From assembly GCA_963774445.1 (NCBI GenBank), contig CAVZFC010000035.1, positions 133,470 to 197,469 of the forward strand: a DNA stretch of 64,000 nucleotides, written 5' to 3'. The notes below the pieces were generated by a model. The model was not told the DNA's origin. It searched no databases and was given only the letters and a program-made list of their open reading frames with translations. Positions 1 to 13,466 of the stretch are shown here, piece by piece. The position numbers and the translations under genes were made by a program. The DNA comes from an uncultured delta proteobacterium. Its GTDB lineage: Bacteria > Myxococcota_A > Polyangia > Haliangiales > Haliangiaceae. Positions within the stretch are counted from its first letter, which is position 1, and every line of letters starts with the position of its first letter.

Positions 1-3361
<3,361 letters not shown>

Positions 3362-3367
3362 ACGGGC

Positions 3368-6300
3368 ATGGCCCAGGGAATGTCCAGGATTGTCGCGCTG
3401 TGTCTGCCTCTCGCCGCCTGCTCGACCACGCAGGCGCCCCGCCCCGGGGGCGGCACCGAGCCGGTCCAGACCGCGGCGGCCGCCGCGACCCCGGCGCGCG
3501 CCGGCTTCGACGAGCTGGGATCGCCCGCCATCGCCAGGGCGGCGCTGGCCTATGGCGACACCGCGGAGGAACAGTCCCCGCCGATGCAGCTGACCGCGTC
3601 GGACGGCACCGGTCTGGCGCTGGTCGGGCTCGACGCCCGCGCCGTGGTCGACGGGCCGCTGGCGTTCACCGAGCTGCACCTCACCTTCGCCAACCCGACC
3701 GACCGCCGGATCGAGGGCCGCTTCACCATCACGCTTCCGCCGGGCGCGGCGACCAGCCGCCTGGCCATGCGCATGGGCGACAAGTGGCAAGAGGCCGAGG
3801 TGGTCGAGCGCCAGCTGGCGCACCGCGCCTACGACGACTTCCTCCATCGCCGGCAGGATCCGGCGCTGCTCGAGAAGGAAGCCGGCAACCAGCTCAGCGC
3901 GCGAGTCTTTCCCATCGCGCCGCGCGAGCGCAAGGAGATCATCGTCTCCTATTCGCAGGAGCTGGCGTCGTCGGAGGCGACCTATCGCCTGCCTCTGCGC
4001 GGCCTGCCGGCGATCGGCGCTGTGCACGTGGAGGTCTACCGCGGCAGCGGCGCGCCGGGTGCGCCGCTCACCTACGAGACCGCGACGTTCGACAAGAACC
4101 GGTGGAAGCCGGACCGCGACTACGAGCTGCCGCTGGCCAGCCGCGTGCAGGGGTTGTCGGCGGGCAACCTCGCCGTCGCTCGCATCGATCCCGGCCTCAC
4201 CGCCGACACCGCTCCGGTGAAGAGCGCGTTGATCCTGTTCGATACCAGCGCCTCGCGCGCGCCCGGGTTCCATCGTCAGGTCGACCGCCTGGGCCAGCTG
4301 ATCCAGCAGATGAGCGCCGCCAGCCCGGCGCTGCAGATCGAGGTGGCGACCTTCGACAACGCCCCGGCGCCGATCTACGCCGGTCCGGCCGCTGCGTTCG
4401 GCGAGGCTCAGCTCGACGCCGTGCGCGCTCGGCGGCCGCTGGGAGCGTCCAATCTGTCGGCGGCGCTGGCGTGGGCGGCGACACGGCCCAAGCGCGAGCG
4501 CGCCATCATCATCTCGGATGCGGTCGTCACCGCCGGTGACGACGACGGCGCTGCGCTGATCGCGGCCGCCCGCGCGCTGCCGGTCGACCGCATCGATGTG
4601 GTCCTGGTCGGCGGCATTCGCGACGACGACACCGCCGGGCAGCTGGCCCGCGGCGCCGCCGCCCACGACGGCGTGGTCCTCGACGGCGGGCTCGATCCGC
4701 ACGAGCTGGCCCGGCGCATCAATCAGACCACCGTCAGCGGCATCGACGTCAGCGTGTCGGGCGCCGACTTCGTCTGGCCGCGCCGCCTGGACGGCGTGCA
4801 GCCCGGCGACCAGTTCCTGGTTTACGCCGAGCTGCCCAAGGCGGCAACGGCCGGCATGACCGTGCACCTGGGTGGCGCGATCAGCCGCGACCTCACCGTA
4901 CCGCTGGCTCGTGCCGAACGCCCGCTGGTCGATCGCGCCATGGCGACCGCTCGCATCGCCGGCCTCACCGCCGAGCACGCCGCGGCCACCGACCCGGCGC
5001 GCAAGAAGCAGCTGCGGTCGCGCATCGTCGAGCTGTCAACGCGCCACCGCGTGCTGTCGGACTTCACCGCGCTGCTGGTGCTGGAGACCGCCGCCGACTA
5101 CCAGCGCTTCGGCATCGACCGCAAGTCGCTGGCCGACATCCTGACCGTCGGTCCTCGCGGCGTGACCCTGGAGAAGCGCGCCGACGCGATGATCATCGCC
5201 ACGCCGCCGGCCAGGAACAACAAGTTCAAGGACACGACCAAGGAGAGCGACGGCAAGCTCGATCAGACGGCGGCCGCGGAGGGCGGCGCCAAGGTCGGAC
5301 GCGTGTCGGCCGACGACGACGATGGAGAGGTCGACGAAGTCGAAAAGAAGGAGCTCGAGCCGGCCAAACCCGAAGAGACCACCGCCGCGCCGGTGGTCGA
5401 TGCGCCGCCGCCACCGCCTGCTCCCGAGCCGATGCCCCCGGCCACGCACCGGCCCGAGCCGGCCCGCCGGGCGCGCGCGCGCATGGCTCGCTCGGCCCCG
5501 TCCGGCGCCAGCTCGAGCAGGGGCGGTGAGCTGGATCGGAGCGGAACGATCGCCACCGGCGCCACATCGCAGGGCATCGCTGTCGGCGATGTGGACAACG
5601 CGCCCACTGACCCGGAGGCGCAGGAGGAGAGCGGCCCGCCGCCGCTGACCGGCCATTTCGCCGCGGTGAGCAAGATGATCGACGACGGGCAGATCGACGA
5701 AGCCGTGGTCAACGCCCTGGCCTGGCGCAGCGAAGACTCGGGCGACGTCATGGCGCTGGTCGCCCTCGGCCAGGCGCTCGAGGCGCGCGGCGACGCCGCG
5801 CTGGCCGCTCGAGCCTACGCCTCGATCATCGATCTGTTCCCGTCGCGCGCCGACCTGCGCCGCTTCGCCGCCCAGCGGCTGGAGCGGCTCAGCACCGAGC
5901 CGACGTCGCTGGCGCTGGCCATCGACTCGCTGGGCAAGGCCGAGGCGCAGCGCCCGGACCATCTCACCGTGCACCGCCAGCTGGCCTACGACCTGGTCCG
6001 CGCCGGCCGCCTGGCCGACGCCTTTGCCGCCCTCGAGCATGGCCTCGAGCGCAGCTACCCCGACGGTCGCTTCGCCGGCGGCGTGCGCATCCTGCGCGAG
6101 GACCTGGGCATCGTCGGCGCCGCCTGGATCGCCCGCGAGCCGGCCCGGCGCGCCGAGGTGCAAAAGCGCCTGGCCGCTCACCACGCGAAGCTGGCGACGG
6201 CGCCGTCAACTCGCTTCGTGCTGTCGTGGGAGACCGACGCCAACGACGTCAACTTCCACATCTACGACGCCAAGGGCCACCACGCCTTCTTCCAGCACAT

Positions 6301-6559
6301 GAAGCTGGAGACTGGCGGCGAGCTGTACGCCGACGTCACCACCGGCTACGGCCCCGAGTGCTTCACCATCGACGGCACGCCCGAGGCCGGCCCGTACCAC
6401 CTGCGCATCCACTACTATTCGCGCGGCCCGATGGGCTACGGCATGGGCGAGCTGGAGATCCTCCACCACGACGGCAAGGGCGGCCTGGGTATCGAGAGCC
6501 GGCCGTTCGTGGTGATGAACGACGGCGCCTTCGTCAACCTGGGCACCGTCGCGAAGTAG
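3368..6559 (+). CDS. Large lipoprotein with a VIT domain, a vWA domain (DTSAS MIDAS motif), a Pro-rich linker, a TPR-like region and a C-terminal DUF2135 (YfaP-like) domain.
   Basis: The signal peptide MAQGMSRIVALCLPLAAC ends in a lipobox. The VIT-like block runs TELHLTFANPTDRRIEGRFTITLPPGAA ... RVFPIAPRERKEIIVSYSQEL. The vWA domain reads ALILFDTSASRA ... IIISDAVVTAGDDDG. The C-terminus reads FVLSWETDANDVNFHIYDAKGHHAFF ... RIHYYSRGPMGYGMGELEI, typical of DUF2135. Confidence 0.8.
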   Translation: MAQGMSRIVALCLPLAACSTTQAPRPGGGTEPVQTAAAAATPARAGFDELGSPAIARAALAYGDTAEEQSPPMQLTASDGTGLALVGLDARAVVDGPLAFTELHLTFANPTDRRIEGRFTITLPPGAATSRLAMRMGDKWQEAEVVERQLAHRAYDDFLHRRQDPALLEKEAGNQLSARVFPIAPRERKEIIVSYSQELASSEATYRLPLRGLPAIGAVHVEVYRGSGAPGAPLTYETATFDKNRWKPDRDYELPLASRVQGLSAGNLAVARIDPGLTADTAPVKSALILFDTSASRAPGFHRQVDRLGQLIQQMSAASPALQIEVATFDNAPAPIYAGPAAAFGEAQLDAVRARRPLGASNLSAALAWAATRPKRERAIIISDAVVTAGDDDGAALIAAARALPVDRIDVVLVGGIRDDDTAGQLARGAAAHDGVVLDGGLDPHELARRINQTTVSGIDVSVSGADFVWPRRLDGVQPGDQFLVYAELPKAATAGMTVHLGGAISRDLTVPLARAERPLVDRAMATARIAGLTAEHAAATDPARKKQLRSRIVELSTRHRVLSDFTALLVLETAADYQRFGIDRKSLADILTVGPRGVTLEKRADAMIIATPPARNNKFKDTTKESDGKLDQTAAAEGGAKVGRVSADDDDGEVDEVEKKELEPAKPEETTAAPVVDAPPPPPAPEPMPPATHRPEPARRARARMARSAPSGASSSRGGELDRSGTIATGATSQGIAVGDVDNAPTDPEAQEESGPPPLTGHFAAVSKMIDDGQIDEAVVNALAWRSEDSGDVMALVALGQALEARGDAALAARAYASIIDLFPSRADLRRFAAQRLERLSTEPTSLALAIDSLGKAEAQRPDHLTVHRQLAYDLVRAGRLADAFAALEHGLERSYPDGRFAGGVRILREDLGIVGAAWIAREPARRAEVQKRLAAHHAKLATAPSTRFVLSWETDANDVNFHIYDAKGHHAFFQHMKLETGGELYADVTTGYGPECFTIDGTPEAGPYHLRIHYYSRGPMGYGMGELEILHHDGKGGLGIESRPFVVMNDGAFVNLGTVAK

Positions 6560-6613
6560 GACGCGCCGCCGCACCGACCGAGTCGGCGGGCGCGGCGGCG
6601 CTGTCCGGATCGT

Positions 6614-8816
6614 CTACAGGTCGTTCGCCGTCAGGTAGCTGGCCTCGAACCGCGTGTCGTGGGGCGCCCCGGCTCCGTCGAAGCAGCGGACGGTGAGCGT
6701 GGTCCTGGTCGATCCGCGACCCCAGCCGCCGGACTTGCAGTAGCTGCCGTCCGCGCCGTAGGCCGTGACCAGCACGGTGTCTCGGCTGACCGGCGCGTCG
6801 TGCGGGATGTCGAGCTGGTAGACGCCGGTGGAGCTCCGCCGGAGTCCCAGGTTGCCGCCCAGGTCGTTGTTGGCGTACGACGCGGGTGGGGTGTAGCTGG
6901 CCGAGCTGGGCTGGCTGGCCCAGGCGTAGGCACCCGCGTTGTCACCGCCGCTGCTACCCAGGCCGGGGATGCCGCGGACGGTGTAGCTCAGGTTGAACCG
7001 CGTGTCGGCCGGCTGACCGCTGGCGTTGGTGCAGCGGACCGTGACGTAGGTGCTGCCCAGGAGGGCGTACCAGCCGGCGGCCTCGCAGCGGTCGGCGTTC
7101 GAGCCGTAGGCAGTGACCAGCACGCTGGCGTTGGCGTCGGTGATGCCCGGCAGCTCGGCGGTGTAGCTGCCGGTGGCCGTCCGGCGGATCCGGTTGGCGG
7201 CGCCGCTGTCGTTGTACGAGTAGCCGGCTGTCGGGGCGTAGTCGGCCGTAGTCGGCGCGTTGGCCCACAGGTATGCGGTGGTGTCTCCGCCGCTGCTGGT
7301 GGTCTGCTCGCGGTAGAACAGGGCGTTGAACCTCGAGTCGACCAGGCTGCCGTCGGCGCGGAAGCAGCGGACGTTGGCCAAAAGATCGCTGCCGCTGCTC
7401 CCCCATCCGGCGCTCTTGCAGTACGCGGCGTCGGAGCCGTAGGCGGTGACCTGCACGTTGCCGCCGCTGCCGGCCAGACCGGTGAACCTGACGGCGTAGC
7501 TGCCCGTCAACGACCGGGTCACGCGGTTGGTCGCGCCGGTGCTGTTGTACTGGTAGCCGGTTCGACGGGGTGTACGACGCGGTGGTGGTCTGGTTGGCCC
7601 AAACCCAGCCGTGCTCGCCCGAGCGCTGCGGGCCTGCCGATTCACCCACGGCGGTCGAGCCGACGAACCCGGCGCTGTCGACCACGGTGAGGTAGATCGG
7701 GTACGTCGCGCCGATCGGATCGGCGAGCCTCGCGCTGTTGCCCAGGAGATGGCCGTCGGCGTCGTACCAGTGGTACTCGGCCACGGGGCCGCCGTCGAAC
7801 GCCCGGCTCCAGGACCCGTCGAACACCCAGCCGCACTCCGGAGCTCCGACGACGTCGCAGGAGACCCAGCGGGACGACACGGTGGCGGTCGGAGCGCCGT
7901 TGCCGAAGATGAAGACCAGGAAGACGCGGGCCTGCCCGTCGCCGAAGCTGAAGGTGCCCTCGATGGTCATGTAGCCGTGCGGCGCGGTGCCGCCGCCGGG
8001 CAGCGGTGTCGCAGAGGTGTAGAACTGACCACCGGGGATCCCGACCGGCGCGCCGACGATGGCGCCGCGGTCGCCGTCGATCGCAGCCGACAGCTTGACA
8101 GAGGCGTCAGCGGCCGAGAACTTGTAGCTGTCGTCGGCGAGCTTCTGACCACGCCACGGTCCCCAATCGACCAGCTCGAGCTCGTCAACCGTCTTGCCGT
8201 GAAGGGTGAACGGATCGCCCCACAGCTGCAACCCGTCGATCTGCATCGGACAATCGGCGCCGGGGCAGTCGCCGCCGGTCACGTAGATCTCACCGCTCAG
8301 CGCCGGTCGCGCCGTCTGTCCGTCGACCGTGAGCTCCACGTACGAGCGGCTGGTGTCGATGCTGCCGGCGTAGGTCGCCTGGGGGTTTTGCCAGCCGTGG
8401 AGCGGTTGTGCCGACGCGTCGAGCAGCGGGTGGGAGGTCGAGCTCACATCCTCGCAGGCGATACCCACCGTCGTCGGGCAGTTGTCGGTGCCGATCTGGG
8501 TCAAGCTCCCGCCGTCGATGGGACCGCACGAGACGCCCAGCCCGCCCCGCAGGGACAGGTCGGTGGCCGCTGCGTTGCACTCGAGGACCGCTTGCGTCAG
8601 CCCGGGATCGGCGGGGTTGTCGTAGCAGAAGTTCCAGGTCGCGATGGCTTCGGCGCCGGCCACGTCGCGGCAGCCGCAGGTCACCTGCCAGGTGTCGGCG
8701 TTGACGACCTCGCTGCCGCAGGTCGACGGCCAGACGCCGCCACACCCTGCGGTTGCGGCGAGGCCAGCGACCGCAGCCGCGGCCAGAGTTGCGTTTCGAA
8801 CGGTCGTCATCGTCAT
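6614..8816 (-). CDS. Secreted Cys-rich protein whose C-terminal half is three tandem copies of an unrecognised ~100-aa repeat. The reading frame is broken by an apparent 1-nt frameshift near 7590.
   Basis: ORFs 6954..8900 and 6614..7645 join into one protein if one nucleotide is added or removed around 7585-7597 (..ASYTPS / GYQYNSTGATNRV..). The three repeats each fit the pattern Y.YN..G..NR.RR..TGSY....G.......V.VTAYGS....C...GW......T.VRCF...G...D.RF...Y. There is an RBS-like AGGAAG before the ATG at 8816 and the N-terminal signal peptide is MTTVRNATLAAAAVAGLAATAGC. Confidence 0.6.
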
Positions 8817-8978
8817 TCTTCCTTCTGGTAAGAGGGGGATGAGCGACGACCGTAGGGGAGCCGGCGAACGCCAGCGATTCGCATGAACCGCCGGACGCAC
8901 ATCTCGGCGGCGAGCTTATCCGGGGGGGGCTCGCCCGCTGTCTCGACCGCGCGCGCGGCGCTGATCGAATCTCCCTGC

Positions 8979-9860
8979 TCATGCGGCCTCGGCCTCGGCG
9001 TAGTCGATCGACTTCGTCCGGGCCAGGGCGCGGAGGTTGCCCCAGAAGATCTCGGGTTCCTCGAAGTAGGTGAGGTGACCGCACCCGGGCAAGGCGATGA
9101 ATCGGTTGTTGGGATAGATGTCGGCGAGCTTCTCCTGGGCCCACAGGGGAATGCAGCGGTCGTGCTCGCCGGCGATGATCAGGGTGGGGGCGGCGACGGC
9201 GCGGTAGCAGTCGGGGTGGCGGTCGATGTGGGCGAAGAAGGGGTCCTGCGCCTCGGTGAGGCGCGCCAGACTGCGCGTGTCGCGGCGGTAGTTTTGATAG
9301 AACTTGTCGCGCAGCTTGTCGATCTTGGTGTGGATGCGCTCGAGGAACGTCTCGCTGAACATCTTCTCGTACAGGTAGCGGGTGTACAGATCGAACATCG
9401 GCTCGCCCTGGTCGTAGAACGCCAGCGACAGCTCCTGGTACATCTGAAAGCTGTGGGTTCGAGTCAGCTGGATGCCCGATAGGGTCTGGGTGTGCAGGCG
9501 GTCGGGGTACAGGCGGCCGAAGTCGGCGGTGACGAAGCCGCCGTAGGAGACACCCTGGGTGTGCACGCGGTCGATGCCCAGCTGGTCGAGGATGGCGGCC
9601 AGGTAGTCGCACAGGCGCGGGATCGATCGCGGCGCATCATCGCGGGTGGACTTGCCCTGGCCCGGGTAGTCGAACAGCAGTACGTCGAACTCCGGGTGCA
9701 CGTGGGGCACGGACGTGTACCAGGACTCGGTGAGCATGCCGAGCCCGTTCAGGAACACGAACACCTCGCGCTCACCGTGGCCGAAGTAGTCCCAGTAGAC
9801 GCGCACGCCGTCGCCGGCGAGCTCCTGGTATCCGCTACGTGTGGGTTGTGGTCGGTTCAT
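8979..9860 (-). CDS. Alpha/beta-fold hydrolase.
   Basis: Nucleophile elbow GVSYGG, HGW-type N-terminus FVFLNGLG, and a C-terminal His region. Its start overlaps the upstream acyl-CoA ligase stop as ATGA, suggesting co-transcription. Confidence 0.8.
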   Translation of the reverse strand: MNRPQPTRSGYQELAGDGVRVYWDYFGHGEREVFVFLNGLGMLTESWYTSVPHVHPEFDVLLFDYPGQGKSTRDDAPRSIPRLCDYLAAILDQLGIDRVHTQGVSYGGFVTADFGRLYPDRLHTQTLSGIQLTRTHSFQMYQELSLAFYDQGEPMFDLYTRYLYEKMFSETFLERIHTKIDKLRDKFYQNYRRDTRSLARLTEAQDPFFAHIDRHPDCYRAVAAPTLIIAGEHDRCIPLWAQEKLADIYPNNRFIALPGCGHLTYFEEPEIFWGNLRALARTKSIDYAEAEAA

Positions 9861-11356
9861 CGGGTGTACAGCTTCTGCAGCTCGGGTTTCTTGGGCTTGC
9901 CGAGGGCGGTTCGCGGGAAGTCGTCGGCGAACACCACCCGCTTGGGGATCTTGAAGCGAGCGAGGCGTTCGCCGCAGAACTCGAGCAGGCTCTCCTCGGA
10001 GACCTGTTCGCGGGCAATCACCACCATCACGCCGACCTCACCCCAGCGTTCGTCGGGCTCGCCGATGAGCGCCGACTCGGCGACGTCGGGGTGGTCGTTG
10101 AAGACGGCCTCGACCTCGGCGGCGTAGACGTTTTCGCCGCCGCTGATGATCATCTCCTTCGCGCGCCCGGCGATGTAGTAGAAGCCGTCGGCGTCGCGGC
10201 GGGCGATGTCCCCGGTGTGGAACCAGCCGTCGCGAATCGCCGCGGCGGTGGCCTCGGGATTGCGCCAGTAGCCGCTGCAGACGTGGGGGCCGCGAAGGAG
10301 CAGCTCGCCGACGTCCCCATCGCCGAGCAGCCTCGCCTGGCTGTGGAACATCGGCTTGCCCACCGAACCCGACCTGGCGACGGACTCCTCGTTGGTCATG
10401 GCAAAACAGTTGGGGCCGACCTCGGTGAGGCCGTAGCCCTGGCGAAAGACGACGTGCTTCTCGTCGCGCCAGGCCTGCATGAGCGGCGCGGGGCAGGGGG
10501 CGCCGCCGGTGATGAAATATCGGAGGTGGTCGAAGTTTGCGGTCCGGTACTCGGGGCTGTCGCGCCACAGGCGAAAGATGGTGGGCACGCCCAGCACCAC
10601 GGTGCAGCGCTCGCGCTCGATGGTCTGCAGATCCGCGCCGCCGCTGAAGGTGCGGCCGAGGATCACCCGACCGCCGAGGTAGAGCACCGGGGTCAGAAAC
10701 GCGAACAGGCCGCCGGCGTGGAACAGTGGCGTCAGCACCGGGGTGACGTCGGCCTCGCTGAGGCCGAAGCCCACGGCAGTGTTGATGCAGTTCCACAGCA
10801 GCTGGCGGTGGGGGATGACCGCGCCCTTGGGCCGACCCGTCGTGCCGCTGGTGTACATGATGCAGTGGGGCGTGTCGGCGTGGAGCTCCGGTTGCTCTGG
10901 CTCGGCGGCGCTGGCGTCGGCGGTCGCCTGGTTCCAGTCGAAACTGCCGTCGAGCTGCGCTCCCTCGACGGCGATGGCGTGGGCGATGCCGAGCTGGTCG
11001 CGCAGGGTGGCCGCGACGTCGGCGAGCTCCGGTCCGGCGACAATCGCCATCGGCCGGCAGTCATCGATGATGTGGGCGAGCTCGACCGGCGTGAGGCGCC
11101 AGTTCAGCGGCACCAGGATCGCGCCAATCTTGCCCACGGCGTAGAGCAGGTCCACGTACTCGACGCAGTTGTGGGCCAGGATCGCGACCCGGTCGCCCAC
11201 GCCGACCCCGCACCGGTCGCGAAGCACGTGGGCGATGCGGTTGGCTCGCTGGTTGAGCGCGGCGTACGAGTAGCGCCGCCCGGTCGCCCGATCCAGCAGC
11301 GCCTCCCGGTCCGGCGTCAGCTCGGCGCGCGCCGAAAGCAGATGTCCCGCGTGCAT
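9857..11356 (-). CDS. AMP-dependent acyl-CoA synthetase/ligase.
   Basis: AMP-binding motif YTSGTTGRPKG, GYGLTE, and WFHTGDIARRDADGFYYIAGRAKEMI. The start is taken at the ATG of MHAGHLLSARAELTPDREAL. Alternative upstream in-frame starts at 11440 (ATG) and 11455 (TTG) exist. Confidence 0.8.
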   Translation of the reverse strand: MHAGHLLSARAELTPDREALLDRATGRRYSYAALNQRANRIAHVLRDRCGVGVGDRVAILAHNCVEYVDLLYAVGKIGAILVPLNWRLTPVELAHIIDDCRPMAIVAGPELADVAATLRDQLGIAHAIAVEGAQLDGSFDWNQATADASAAEPEQPELHADTPHCIMYTSGTTGRPKGAVIPHRQLLWNCINTAVGFGLSEADVTPVLTPLFHAGGLFAFLTPVLYLGGRVILGRTFSGGADLQTIERERCTVVLGVPTIFRLWRDSPEYRTANFDHLRYFITGGAPCPAPLMQAWRDEKHVVFRQGYGLTEVGPNCFAMTNEESVARSGSVGKPMFHSQARLLGDGDVGELLLRGPHVCSGYWRNPEATAAAIRDGWFHTGDIARRDADGFYYIAGRAKEMIISGGENVYAAEVEAVFNDHPDVAESALIGEPDERWGEVGVMVVIAREQVSEESLLEFCGERLARFKIPKRVVFADDFPRTALGKPKKPELQKLYTR

Positions 11357-11428
11357 GAGGCCGGCTCGAAGCAAGCTGCGTGCCCGCGCGGTTTGGTGCG
11401 GGCGAGCCGCCGCAGGGCGCTCGCCGTT

Positions 11429-11473
11429 GGCAGTTGCCATCGGGTGGCGCTCCAACGCTGTTGTCGGTTGCCA
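11429..11473. promoter_or_regulatory. Palindromic TGGCA-gt-TGCCA site plus a downstream TTGCCAA half-site in the divergent region between the acyl-CoA ligase and thiolase operons.
   Basis: ttggcagttgccatcg at 11428-11443 and ggttgccaac at 11466-11475, inside the roughly 190-bp divergent intergenic region. This is a candidate operator for a local regulator. Its spacing does not fit a sigma54 promoter. Confidence 0.3.
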
Positions 11474-11545
11474 ACAGGCTCCCGCCGTGACGGGGCGTGG
11501 ACCGGGCTTTTCGGCGTGTACGACTCTTGCAAGGGGGCCGTCGCC

Positions 11546-12811
11546 ATGACGACTCGCAAACTATCCCGCGGGGTCGCGGTGGTCGGCGCCGGCATGAGCG
11601 GCTTCGGCGCCTTTCCCGGCCTGAGCACACGCGACCTGTTCGTCAACGCCTTCCTCGACCTCGGTCGTTCGATCGATCGCGGCCTGGATCCCTCGATGAT
11701 CGAAGCGTTCTACCTGGGCAACTTCAGCAGCTCCGCCTTCGAAGGTCAGGGCTTCACTGCGCCGCTCACGGCCGACGCCATCGGGCTCCTCCCCAGGCCC
11801 GCAACCCGGGTCGAGAACGCCTGTGCCAGCGGCGGCACCGCCGTGCGCGAGGCGATGATCGCCGTCGCCTCCGGCCTGTACGACGTGGTCCTCGCCGGCG
11901 GCATCGAGAAGCAGACCGATCTGCCGATCGCCCAGGTGACCGACGTCCTCGCGACCGCCAGCGACACCCGGTACGAGGGCCCGGCCGGGTTCACGTTTCC
12001 CGGCCTGTTCGGCACCCTGGCCACGGCGTACATGGACCGCTACGGCGCGACGCCGGAGGCATTCATGCGCGTGGCGATCAAGAACCACGAGAACGGCGCC
12101 GCCAACCCGCGCGCCCAGTTCGGCAAGCGCATTCGCGACATCATGGCCGACAAGCGTGCCGCCGCCGAGCGCAAGGGGCGCGCCATCCCCGACTGGAGCG
12201 ATGAGCTCGAGTTCCTCCGCGACGACCGCGCGAATCCAATGATTGCGTGGCCGCTGCGCCTGTTCGACTGTTCCCCGGTCTCCGACGGCGCCGCATGCGT
12301 GTTGGTCGTCGCCGAAGAGCTGGCGGCTCAGTTCACCGACGCGCCACTGCACCTCGCCGGCTATGGCCAGGCCACTGCCGGAGCGGTTCACGATCGCGCC
12401 GATCTGACCTCGCTGTCGGCGACCCGCGAGGCCGCCAGCCAGGCCTACAAGGTCGCCGGCGTCGGGCCCGGCGACATCGACCTGGCCGAGGTGCACGACT
12501 GCTTCACCATCGCCGAGGTCATGGCCAGCGAAGACCTGGGCTTCTTCGACGCCGGTCACGGATGGGCCGCAGCGACCGAAGGCGCCACCAGACGCGACGG
12601 ATCCATACCGATCAACACCTCCGGCGGCCTCAAGTCCAAGGGGCATCCGGTCGGTGCCACCGGGGTCGCCCAGGTGGTCGAGGTGTGGAAGCAACTGCGC
12701 GGCGAGGCCGGGGACCGTCAGGTGCCGGGCAACCCGTCGATCGGCCTGACGCACAACCTCGGCGGCTCGGGCCAGGTCTGCGTCGTGCACATCCTGGAGC
12801 GAAGGAGCTAG
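11546..12811 (+). CDS. Thiolase of the SCP-x / non-specific lipid-transfer type.
   Basis: Active-site Cys in ENACASGGTAVREA, the C-terminal motif GHPVGATGVAQVVEV, and GGSGQVCVV. Confidence 0.85.
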   Translation: MTTRKLSRGVAVVGAGMSGFGAFPGLSTRDLFVNAFLDLGRSIDRGLDPSMIEAFYLGNFSSSAFEGQGFTAPLTADAIGLLPRPATRVENACASGGTAVREAMIAVASGLYDVVLAGGIEKQTDLPIAQVTDVLATASDTRYEGPAGFTFPGLFGTLATAYMDRYGATPEAFMRVAIKNHENGAANPRAQFGKRIRDIMADKRAAAERKGRAIPDWSDELEFLRDDRANPMIAWPLRLFDCSPVSDGAACVLVVAEELAAQFTDAPLHLAGYGQATAGAVHDRADLTSLSATREAASQAYKVAGVGPGDIDLAEVHDCFTIAEVMASEDLGFFDAGHGWAAATEGATRRDGSIPINTSGGLKSKGHPVGATGVAQVVEVWKQLRGEAGDRQVPGNPSIGLTHNLGGSGQVCVVHILERRS

Positions 12812-12813
12812 CC

Positions 12814-13272
12814 ATGAAGACGCCCGATACAACCACCGACCTGCCGTTCAATGCGACCGGGTTCTACCGGCTCCTGGCGGACAAGAAGCTGATGGCGAGT
12901 CGCTCGCAGGGCAGCGGCATCAGCTACCTGCCTCCGCGGCCGTACTGCCCGGTGTCACGCGCTTCTGACATGCGCTGGGAACCGCTGTCGGGTCGAGGCA
13001 CGGTGACTGCGTTCACGGTGATCAAGGTCCCCCCGAGCCACATGGTCGCCGCCGGCTATGGGCGCGACCGCCCGTACGCCTGCGGCGTGGTCGCCCTCGA
13101 CGAGGGGCCCTCCATCAGCGCACAACTGTTCGGCTTCGACGTCGACAATCCCGATTCGATCGCCATCGGCACCGCGGTTCGCGCGGTCTTCTTCGAGCGG
13201 CAGGTCAACGGCGAGCCGCGCACGCTGCTCGGATTCGAGCTCATCAGCGACACTGCACCACCATCGAGGTGA
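12814..13272 (+). CDS. DUF35-family OB-fold / Zn-ribbon protein, the usual partner of SCP-x thiolases.
   Basis: Its start lies 3 nt after the thiolase stop. Size and the pattern ..YLPPRPYCPVS ... GTVTAFTVIK.. are typical of DUF35. Confidence 0.65.
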   Translation: MKTPDTTTDLPFNATGFYRLLADKKLMASRSQGSGISYLPPRPYCPVSRASDMRWEPLSGRGTVTAFTVIKVPPSHMVAAGYGRDRPYACGVVALDEGPSISAQLFGFDVDNPDSIAIGTAVRAVFFERQVNGEPRTLLGFELISDTAPPSR

Positions 13273-13466
13273 CCGGCGGCCGAGCCCCGGTACAGGGCGC
13301 CGGCGATCGGCTGGACCGAGGGCGTACCAGAGGGGGCTGCGCGGTGCACCAGTGGTCCAGCTCGGTCCAGCCCGTGTGGCGTGAGACCAGCAGAAAGCCG
13401 CGGCTCCCCGCGCCCGCCGGGATGGCCCGGTGGGTGCAAGCGGACGAGCCCGACCGGAGGATCATC

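Noticed and set aside
11429-11443. TGGCAG-TTGCCA as a sigma54 promoter
   Set aside because: The GG and GC dinucleotides are only 7 nt apart instead of 12. It is better interpreted as a palindromic operator.
9839-12811. 990-aa plus-strand ORF spanning the acyl-CoA ligase antisense region and the thiolase
   Set aside because: Only the 3' 422 codons (from the ATG at 11546) form the thiolase. The upstream part is antisense read-through of the minus-strand ligase, with no stop by chance.
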